A stretch of DNA of 57,966 bases, filler included, from Bipalium vagum (taxonomy: Eukaryota): assembly GCA_037834085.1 (NCBI GenBank). It is 3 parts of 3 records of this genome, joined end to end, with 100 filler letters (N's around TTAATTAATTAA, not from the genome) between each part and the next. Parts side by side here need not be neighbours in the genome. Positions count along the whole stretch, not along the records: positions 19,089 to 42,118 come from JBBMKC010214030.1; 2 more parts are not named here. One strand, given 5' to 3'. A program made the position numbers and the translations under genes. The first letter of the stretch is position 1; every line of letters begins with the position of its first letter. Positions 27,461-39,400 of the stretch are shown in pieces. Under the pieces are notes generated by a model. The model had not been told where the DNA came from. It saw only the letters and a program-made list of their open reading frames with translations, and did not search any database.

Positions 27461-30400
27461 TAAAGGTTACCGCCCAGGTAAATTTATTTTTTTTATTTAC
27501 AACGATTTGTTAATTTTATAACATTATAACACCTCATAAAAGTATGTTTTCATCGTTTTGATTGATTTCTGATATTCTCATCTGTTGTAGTTTTTCCCAT
27601 GCTAAAATACGTAAAATAAAATACATGCCAAATACGTTCCAAAACATTTCTAAGCTTGTTCGTTTCAAAAAAATGTTTACTCAAAAAGCGTTCATTTTGG
27701 AAGGTTTGACTGTAGTATTATTGGTATTCAAAAGTTTATAACATTTCTCAAAATCAAGAATTACTATGGTTAATTTTTTCCCTTCAGATGTTTCTGTTCC
27801 AAAGACTTCTACCAGCCAGTCTGTCAACCTGTATGAGAGCTCTTCTACCTGTCGAAACAATGTCGACATTCATGAAGATGCCGAAGAACATTCTTTAATT
27901 TTTCAGATGGATTCTGTGGATGATGGACCCATTGATGCGAATCAGGTTAACTCAATACTTTGTTTTATTATTTTTTTTTAAAAAGAGAAAGCAAATGTGA
28001 AAATAAATTATTTCCATTCCAATTTATAATTTCAAAAATTAAAAAATTATATTATTAAAATATAAAATTATATTTAAATTAGTAATTTAGTAATTTGCAA
28101 AATTTTTAAAAATTTTTCCTTAATTATATTTATTTATTTATACATATATTAATTGGTAGAAAAAATCTTTTCTTTTCGATATCTAAAGGAAAATTAATAT
28201 TTAATTAAAAATATTTTTTAAATAATAATTTTGTTTAAATCTTCATCAGAAGAAAAACTCATTATTCATATTGTCTCCGTCTTGAATGACCCTTAAAATG
28301 AGATTTTCAATAGTGAGATAATTTGATCCATTTCCCCACCTAAATTTCGACTCTTTTACGAAATTCAAATCTTATCGCGGTACACCTTTCTCGTCTCAGT
28401 TGTGCTATGCATATAGTTACTATAGGTCCTGTGAAAACTCTCCACAGATTTATTATGTTGCTAATGAATAAATATATTCTTAAACGGCCAAAGTGCATTT
28501 AATCCGTTATTAACGATTTCGAATTGGTAATGAAGAGAGCAGCGTCTTGAGATAGATGAATTTTGATGACAGATTTTAGTCATTGGTCATTGTTATGTGT
28601 TTCTGTAAATAGTTCGTTTGGGCAGCGATGGCATTCAAGACTTCGCTATTTGGACAATTTGCGTTGTTGTTGTTACCTACGCAACCAGCATAATATCATT
28701 CGATTGCTATTATTATCACTTATTGTTATAATCAAATTTTTTATTTTTCATATTTTTACTATTAATAGTATTATTATTATTATCATTATTATTAGTAGTA
28801 TTAGCACTACTATTAGCAGCATTATTAATAAATTATTTGAGTTAACATTTTTATTAAATTTTATTATAAATTATATTTTTATAATTTTTACATGATAAAA
28901 ATATATAATTTTTGTATATTTAATATATTTCTTCGATTTCACAAGGTCACTGTAATAATAATTTCAATATTTTTTGATGATTACTGACAACAGCAATTGA
29001 ACAATAAATAATTAATTATTGCCGATAATTATTAAAGTTAATTTAAATTACTTCTAACATTTTTTATAATCATTTTTAAATTAATTATTTTTATTATGTT
29101 TTTTATTTATTAATAATTTATTGTTAAATTAATTTTTTATACGATATTAATTTTTTTCATTTTTATTTCTTTTAATAATTAATTAATTATTATTATTCCT
29201 GTGATTTTACTGAGACCTGGAATTCTTTTTTTGCTCATTATAATTTTTATAAATCCATTATTTATTTATTGATTATTTTTTACATTGATTATGTGAGTAT
29301 TATTTTCGTTGGAACATGTTAAAAATCATAAAGAGCTGTCAAATGTTTATGTACACCGTTTTGATGAATGTACGTATGAATGAATATACCTATTAAAACA
29401 GTCAGTATTACGACCATGGATAAATAACCGTTGATTAACAAAACTTTTTCTTTTCTTCATAATGAGCGTAATTCGGCTTTTTGTTATCTTTTTTCTGTCC
29501 GTTGTTTTTACACCTTTGGTCTTTGAAACGGTTGTCAGTGGAAAGCGGACGATAAATCAATTTTCTACGTACAACATTCACAATCTAAATCTTAAATGAC
29601 GTCACTTCATTGGAAATCCATGAGCAATTTAATTTTTAATTTATTAATTATTTTATAATAATAATAATAATATTATTATTATTAGCTGTTTTTCGAACGT
29701 GCTCTGAGAAATGTGAGTAACAATTATTAATTTTACTCTCAATTCAGCCAAATCTAAATCAATATTTTCTATTCTTCAATTCACTCATTAATAACTTTGA
29801 TTTTTTATTTAGAAATAATAATTTTTTAAATTATGATAATTTGGGAATTGTTCAGTGTGAAGTCAATGTAATTACATTCACCATTACAACTTGATAAAGA
29901 GACGCTCAATAACATTAAATAATTATTGCCGTCATTTTATTTTTTTTATTCCACAAAGAATCTTTATGATTATTGTTTGATATCTTTGGACAATCTCAAG
30001 AAATTTAACCCCTTACAGTTTATGCCCTTTTCAATTGTCATCAATGTAGCATGTGTCTTTGACTTGTTGTTCTTTCTCACTTCCTTCAACCATATTATAT
30101 CTCTTTTCTTTATCTGCTTAACTTTATATTCTGTAAAAGACCCTCAATTCTTTGGCATGTTCGTTATCTGCCAGCAGTTTATGTAATTGTATTTATGATT
30201 ATCTAAATATGAGGTTATTTCTATTTTTATGGCACTTTCCCGTTTTCCCTTGAACAGTTCAAATTTAAGTTGAATAAAACATATAAATTTAAGATTCTAT
30301 CCTCCCGTCACCAATTTGGTTCCCATTTGTCTCCAAAAAATTCCTTGCTTAATTGCCTTTTCATAATTATCAGACAAGACATCGATATCATAAACTGAAC

Positions 30401-33400
30401 TAGATGTTTTGGCTCTATGTATGTTCTTTTTATTTGCTTGTATTTGTTTCTTTCGTCTACTCGAATTTTCAGTTCAAATCAACTGATCTAAGATATCTAC
30501 AATGGACAGGATCATTCACTTAGTCCTAAATATCTACTGACTTTTCTAACTTTAATGAGGTTGTGTCATTTCCTGTCATAGAATGATACTATCTGACCCT
30601 GACTGGATTGGTTCAAATCCTTGATCACCATTTAGACGGGAATAGAAAGATGAAATCTTATGTTATCATCCTTTCGCCAATTCCATTGGCCAGCATCATT
30701 TATCTGCAAAACGTACTCATGGATATGTTTTTTAACTCGTTCAAAGTTTCAAATATATATGTTTCACAAAGTAATGTCTTCAATTGACTATTTTATTTAT
30801 TTATACACATATATTTCGTCTTCAACATAATCACCTTGGAAAACGAATTTTAAATAATTTTTGGAAAGGATCTCAAAAGCGGTTTTTTAACCATCACAGC
30901 AAAGTCAACTTGACCTTTCTATTTTGTCGAATCGTTTCCCATGCAAATAATCTTTCATAGACACAAGCAAATAAAGGTGTAAAACTAAATAAAAATAAAT
31001 AAATAAAACCAGGTCTGTATGACGGATTGTGGACATCAAACCATTCTAATTTTAATTTGGTTGGAATTATTACCTTCCTGTTTCCTCTTCATCTTGATAC
31101 TATCCCTAAGCTTATAAAAAGTATTGATTTAAGACGTCTTGGTTTTGGTACTGACTTGTTACATGAAGTTAATAAGAATTAAACCATCTTTATCAGAAAA
31201 ATGTTTCTATAATCTGTTTTTGACTATTTTTTTACTTTCTTGGTCGGGCTGGTAAATCTAAGTTTCATCACCTGTAATCACATTTTGAAATTCGGACATC
31301 TGCAGAAGCTCTGAAAAATTTGAAAATCTTCTTTTATCAATCAAGGAATCCCCTTTGTAAAAATTTTGAAATCCAAAGCTATCACTTTTTATATTAGCAG
31401 AACAGAACCATATGATATATTGATAACATTTGCAGCATTTTTTATGTTGATTTCGGGTATCCTTTAATCATTTTATTGATCTTTTGTTGGTCTTTATCTG
31501 TGACTGGAGTTGGTAGACGACCACGTTGTTTGTCACGGACACTCGTTTTTCTCTTTTCAAATCCCTTTGCACATCAGCTAACATTAATTGTTTCAATTGT
31601 TGCATCTTGATAGATATTTCGTAGCCTCCATTAGTATCAATAGCTGCACATACTTTTAGTCAAAAATAACTCTTTCGTTTTTCTTTATTATACAGTGATT
31701 AGATTTAAAATATTCATGAAATATTAACATTAATATATTGAAAATATATAAATATTTATAAACACTAGATGAAATTCAAATAATATATTTATTTTTATCA
31801 ATTTCAGGAAGGTGGATACATCTTGATACGTCTTTGTTTTCGTTCTTGTCATATCAATAAATTATATTTAATGAAAATTAGAAAATCACTTGTCAAAATT
31901 AATAATAATATTTATTATTATTTTATATTTTTATATATTTAAATTAATATATTAGAATATTTATTATTAATAGGTTAATAAATAAATTTGAGTAGTTTTT
32001 TGTATGCTTTGTTTAACTATTCATAGTATTAGAAATATTTAAAAAATAAATTATTTTTTTTAATTTTTCATGATTATTGTAAATAATAATTATATTTTTA
32101 TGAATATTATCAATTTTTAAATTATTCTTTATGATTACAAATTGAATTTTTATTTGCATGTTTGATTGATAATATTCATCATTGGCAACAATTATTTTTT
32201 TTAATATTTTATTATTTTATCCCTTTCATTCCAGGTCTATGAAGATGGAAAACGTACTAAAACAAGTAATTTAATTTCCTAACTTCTAACTATTTTTATT
32301 TTCATTTAATAAGAAAATTAAATGTAATACACAAAATTTTCGTTATTGATTTTTTAGTATATAATAGATTATTCATATTCCTAGAAAAAAATTAAAGAAA
32401 TTCATCTTTAGCTCATAAAAAAGTCTAATAAAATATTGTGCCGGTGGATAAATATTTTCAACTTGAATAAAAGAAATACTTTATGGAGAAAAGATATTTT
32501 TATTGAATAGGAAATCAAATTTCACATGGGATTCATTCATTGGTTAACAATGTCAAATATTTATTGAAAATAATCAATTGTTTTTGTTAATATAAAATAG
32601 TTTTGATTTTGATATAAAATTTTCTCATTACTTTTCTGCACCGCTAATAACATTGAAACTGAATAATATAAATAATTACATGTTAATTTTTTATGCTAAG
32701 ATGTAAAAAATATTGTCTTAATTCGCATTGTAAAGTTAATTCGAATACATTATAATAATAATAATACATACATAAATATATAAATAATACAATATTTGTG
32801 AGACTTAAATTAGATATCAATATTTTTGGATTCTAAGTATTACAGAGTGCATAAGTTATTTGAGGATAGAAGTTAAATGTCAATTTTTATAATTTCTTAA
32901 ATATATATTCATATGAAATTTGTTTTACTAAAATAATAGAATAAATAATAATGACGGAAAAACAAATCACTCAAAAAATGAAGCTAAATGCTTTTCTAGT
33001 GGCTTTGAAATCTAAACATTCTTATTTAGAAATTCCCCGATTTTATTTTATTACGTTTATTTGTACATCATTTGTACATTGTCGCTAAGAGATTAAATCC
33101 GTTAATGTAATGTAAGGAAAATTCCAAACACTGCGACTTGATGAGTATAGATCAATAAGTTATTCCTTATCATTATATTTATGTTTTCCATGAGAAATCA
33201 ATATGTCTTCAAATACTTACGAGCCCTGTATCTATTTTAAATCTGTCATTAATAATATTTTTTAATTATGTGACTTTATTGAATTATATTTTATTTTTAT
33301 TGAAATCAACAGTATTACTGTTTTTCCAGTGTGGCAAATGAAGTGCATGTCACAAATAAAATCAGAAATCATAAGACAAGACATTTGAAAATTATTATTT

Positions 33401-36400
33401 TTATTGATTTTTTCTTATTACTTTTAAATATCAGGTACAAGATTATTACATTTAAATGTTACTTAATCTAAATTCAATTGATTTAATTCTAATGGATTAA
33501 TTCTTTCTTATCATTAAACGTCCTTATAGTCTTTCCATTGATTTTGTAATTGATCTATTATTTGATAGATTACCTTTTATTGATAGCATTATTTTAACTG
33601 GTTTGGCCAATTTACATTGTGTAATTGTTCTGAACTGAATGAAAATATTTCTCATTATTTTCCAGAAAAAATCGATTAATTTCAAGTTATTTTATTTTAA
33701 TGTTGTCATGAAACGTGAATGTTACAACGAAATGAGGTGGACACGTTGTGATCGATTAAGGCAAGCGTTCTAGGAATAATTAGAGGGCCATATTAATCGA
33801 AAGCAACCATTACTATACTAACTTCATTACAATCTTTTTTCGTGTTTCAGATTCTGATATCTACAATACCATTCCCATGGAATCGGAATTTAAAAAGTTG
33901 GAATTATTATTTTATTATTCATTTTAAAAATAAATTTCTTAAAAAACAATTTCCAATAAAAAAATTCTATTGGATTTTATTTTTACCTTTCATAGATTTT
34001 ATAGAAGTGGAAATCATATTGAATTATTATTATTAAAATATTATTAAGTTATAATTTAATTTTATAATAATTATTTTAAAATTTATCATTTATTTTTTAG
34101 TAGAAGCTTTAGCGAAAAATCAATTATTATTGAAATATTATTGAAATATTGTGAAAAATTATGTCATATTTAATTCTAAATTGTGCGGACAATCCTTTTC
34201 TTGATTAATTAAGGAATTGTCTTTAACAAAATTTGTAAATCAGGGTTGGCAAATTTCTGAAGAGATCCTTAACAAGGCTTGTTGTTAAGATCAAAATTAT
34301 TATTATAATTTATTATTATTATTAATTTAAATCGTTCAATCCAATTTCTTAAAACTTTACCGATATTAGGAAACGAGTTATAAAATTTATGGAATTAAAA
34401 ATCTTTTGATCTTAATAAAACCAAATCAAATTTTTACTTTAGAATATCACTATGAGAACCACGTTCAATATTATCTAAAGTTGTGAAATGTATTCAAGGT
34501 TTCTATGCTTTTATTTCAACAGATTGCCACAATATCTAGACTGTAAAAATTAATTGTTTAAGAATAATGAGTTGAAAGTCGCTGATGTACCTTGAAACCT
34601 CTATGGCAGCAAACCAATATAAAACCCTGAATAATATCATTTTGCGTTATTTAAGTTTGATTGAAATTAACATTATTGGATAGAACTACACTTTAAATAT
34701 TTTTTTAGTCTTTTAAAGAATTTTAGGTAATGATAGGATTATCTCACAACGATTCATTATCTAAACTGGATGATAATGAATTTGAAAATAATGAGAAAAA
34801 ATATAATGAATACATAAAAGTTTTTGGATTAAAAAAATAATTTCTACAAAACTGTTAGTTGTTTTATTGGGTTGACAACTAAGTAGTTTCGTATTTTTTT
34901 ATAATGTAATTTGGGTCAAATTTATACTCTCAAAAACAAATTTTTAGTCATTTATTTACATTTATGTTACATAATTAATCAACCATTGTTTAAGTCAATC
35001 TTTTAAAAGGCATTTATTTGCAAATATTTAAAATAATGGAAAACAAAAATATCCATTTTCGTCACACTTTGCTTTCCAACTTTAAGAAAAGGAAAAATGC
35101 AACGTAAGCGAACAAAGATGTTTGTGACGTCTATGGAAATGAAGCCTTGAAAGTAAGACAGTGTCAAAATTGGTAGCCCAAATTTCGTTGTGGAAATTTT
35201 TCTCTGAATGACGAACCACATTTTAGATGCCATTGGACGTTTCTAACGACCAAATCAGAGAAATTATTAAATGTGATCGTCATATAACAATTCGCCAGTT
35301 AGCTAAAAATCAGAATGTATTTTAAGTATCTATCGAAAGGCGACTAAACCAGATGAGATATGTAAACTACCTTGATATATGGATTCCTTATGACCTGAAG
35401 GATATTACCGCAATATTGATTCAGCATTTATGAGTTACCCATGAAACGCAACAAAACTGAACCTTTCCTGAAACGATTGATTTCTGGAGACAAAAAAAAT
35501 GAAATAGGTATGAGAATTTAGCCCGGAAAAGATCGTGGGGCAAGATTGGTGAGTCAGAAGTAATGACTCCTAAAGCTGGTAGCCATCAAAAGAAGTTATG
35601 TTGTCAGTTTGATGAGATTACAAAGGAATTATTTAATCTAAACACTTACCATAAAATGAAACGATAAATTAGGCTATCTACATTCAACAATTATCAAATT
35701 TGAATAATGAAATAATAAGAAAACGAGCAGAATTGGCCAATCGAAAAAGGTATTGTCTTCCTTTATATATTATATTTATTTTGGCTGCTGCAAAGCATTT
35801 TGAATGGAAAATAATGAAAACCGGATCTTGCTCAGTTTTTTTAACAATAAGAGTCACAAAATCTTCGAAAACGGAGTTATGGTGCTTCTTGAAAGATGAC
35901 AGAAGGTCATCGACGTAAATGGGCAATATTTTATTTAATAAAACTTGGAATTTGTCTTATATTTTTTATTTGAATTACTTATAAAAATACCCAATTACTT
36001 AGTTACCAACCCAGTAAATAAATTATGCAAAACACAAAGGAAATTTAAAAGAAAAATTCTACCAAAAAATATAAATTTTCATTTTCAGTATCTTAATACC
36101 ATCGGGTAACCAAGAACCGAAAAACCTTTTAATAAGACGCTTAGGTAAAGTGCAGTTTTCCCCCAAAAATATTATTCGTTTTAAAAATACATGTATATAT
36201 TATTTATTATAAGATAGATTATTTAGAAATAAACTACGATTTTGTTACTAAAAAACTGGAATTAGGTCAACTTGTTACTGGTTCTCAGAGCTTTAATTTT
36301 TAAATTTGTTTACAAATTTTAAACGTAAGATAAGAGAAAACATGAAATATAAAAGACACCAAAAACATTGGTAGTTTATTGTCACTTCATTTACTTAATA

Positions 36401-39400
36401 AATCGGTATTGCTTGTTCTTCCTGCAAAGGACTCTCGAGATGAAAGTCATAAAAGTATTGTATGAAACAAGGCGGTTCTTTACAGCACTTGATAATACAA
36501 TATTATCTTTTTTACAAATGCTCAATGTGATCGTGTCCAAAATTCAATCTCTCATCTTGCAATTGTGATTGTTTAAATGTTGTGAAGTGCACATTTTAAA
36601 TAGAACAATAATTGACTTCATGATGATTGTTGTAATAATAATGGTTTCTTTGTCAATAAACGTTTGTCTTGTAATCAGTAAAACAAAAAGTGCTTGCACA
36701 TTGTTTCTCATCGTATAGGTATTTTTGTGTTAGAAAAGCCAGTGGCATAAGCATTTGGACAACTAATCTAAAAATAGTAACAAGAAGTTCTGATTATCGG
36801 AGGGAAATTAATTCAAATGAAAATTAAAAATTGCAATTAATTAAAATTATATATAAATAAAATTGTAATTAGTGTGTTTTGATTTTAAACTTATGTGCAT
36901 GTCAAAAAAATAATATTTACTTAATTTTAAATGCTCTATTTTAATCTAATGTATAATGATGTAGAATTCCCATGGTTTGGTGATGGTAGAATAAATAAAT
37001 ATCAAAAACTTATGAACTTTGATTTAATAATAAAATCAATTAAAATGTTACCTTAATTAATGTAAAATTGATAAAAATTAAGTTTTCTCAAAATGATAAA
37101 ATAGATATTTAATTGTTTTTTTCATTTTGTAATATTCAACAGAAAATATGACTGGATAAAAGAAAGAAAATATTTTTCCTAATGAAATTAATAATTTAAA
37201 ATTAAAAAAGGAAAAACCAAATAAATTATTTAGATAATAAAATCAATTATTTTATTTGATGATATATTTTTTACAGGAAAGTAGAGTTAGAACGTTTCCC
37301 CTTTGAAGCAGAAAGAAGAAATACAAGTAAATAATGATTATTATTCTCACCTAAAGAAAAATTATCCTTTTTTAATATGATATTATATCGTCAATCTTAA
37401 ACTTTTTAAATAATTTTGACTAATGATATTTTTGTTTTAAGTTTTATTTCCTTTCCTCTTTTTCAAAAAAAATCCTACTTTATTTCATTTTTTAAAAAAA
37501 TTTAATAGGTTAATAAAAATGATTTCTTTTCAAATTGAATTAATTTTTCATTCTTATTTAATATTATGTTGTAAATGTTTTGAAAAAAAAACATTAATTT
37601 TTGGCAGTGATATACTGTGAGCCAATAAAAGTGTAACTGCTGATTTCGAATATTACATTTGACACGATGACATCATCTTTTGTGTAATACGTGAACTAGT
37701 TTTCTATTTGTTATTAGTTTAAATATTTAGATTTGTTTTAACAATTTTTTAATTTTTTTTACTTCAGACTTGCAGAATGTTATAAAATTAAAATCCAAAA
37801 GATAGATCAGTGTTGGGCTCTGGTCTGTCAAAACAATTGATTCTTTCTTGTAAAATAAAAACTATCTATTGAAACTTAAAAAAGGGTTGTTTTGGACAAC
37901 ATAATAAAAAGTCAAATTTGTATTCATATTGTAATAATACGTAGTGAGTGAGATAAGTATCCAGACTACGTATGAAAGACAAGTGTTAGAAACTTTATTT
38001 TTTTAACACACTATATACAGTATAAGAAGTAGGTTTTTTTCTCAATATAAGAACTTTCATTCATAACACGTTTTCCCAAGGATGTGACAGGCCGAAAAAC
38101 AAAATTTCGAAAAAATGTTGACTTTTCTTTCAACAAATTCTAGATTTCCAATTTTAAATCTTGTAAAGCCTCGAAGATTTTACCGCACAAAGCATTTTAT
38201 AGGTGTCGGAACAAAACAGTAACAAGTCGGAAACATGACTGTAAGTCGGATGATTAAACAATTTAAACTGAGAATCAACAACTGTTTGCTTGGACAGTGA
38301 ACTAGTGCAAACTGGGTCATGTTCTGCAGCAACCACAATAGTGACCGCTGTGGTTTTATTAGAAGGTGGTGAGTCAGTTTTATGAGAAAGCAATAAAAAG
38401 CACTTTTGACTTAGGGTTCTTTTTCTGTGAAGTCCAATTGATTATTATTCGATCTCTTAAAATAGACGGTGTGATGCTTCTGAGCTCAACTTCGCAATGC
38501 TTATTCAATAGAGAAAAATCATTCTGATAATTTGCACTTAGTTCAGAATATATTTGAACTCAGGGGAGTGTCAACCACTGTAACTATATTGCAAAGAAAT
38601 CTCTAGTCATATTTTGGAATAGATTAATGTTTAACTGGCAACACGCGTCACACATCTCGACAGTAAGAAATCGAGGCACAACTCTCCAATCTAAATATGA
38701 ATTGCTGATTTCAGTGGACAAAGTCTGTGCACACTTCTGCTAACTGGTCCAGAATTTTCTATTTTGTCTATTCTACGTTTCACCAAGAAATTTGTCACAT
38801 TTCTGAATTCAACAGAACTCATTACAATAAATAATAACCAAAATTTAAAAAAGACATTTACATGAATTGTCAATGCACATTTAAACGCACATTGTTTGGA
38901 TTAAATATATAAAATATTGATTTCATATGCATAACATTTTTATTATGAAACATTATTTTTCATATAATCCGGGTACTTATCTCACTCACCACGTAATAAA
39001 TAATGATAATTATGTATTTTTAACTTACTCTCTTCATAAAGTATACATTGAACGTTGAAACAAGGCAATTTTATTAATTTTTAAATATAAATTATTTTTA
39101 ATAATTTATTTCTTTAATTATAAAATAATTTATTAATTGTTTTAATTTTTGATAAAATATGTCTTATTTTTAACAATTCTTTTGGACTTTTATAAAAATA
39201 ATTAAGTATTAATTAAATATTGGTCTACTTGAAATGATTTCCTTTATTATTTTTTTATTATCTTTTTTTATTATTTCTCTTTCATTTTGCGTCCCTTAAT
39301 TAAAATTAAAATAAAATTGTACATTAAAAAATCATAAAGTTGGAAATTTAACTCAAAAATAATAACAGTATACTAAAAAAAAAATTAAATTCATAAAAGT

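Noticed and set aside
38691-38873. GPVSRSVHRLCPL resembling a BEL/Pao retrotransposon C-terminus
   Set aside because: It lies inside mariner TIRs and is a frameshifted reading of the mariner N-terminal HTH region
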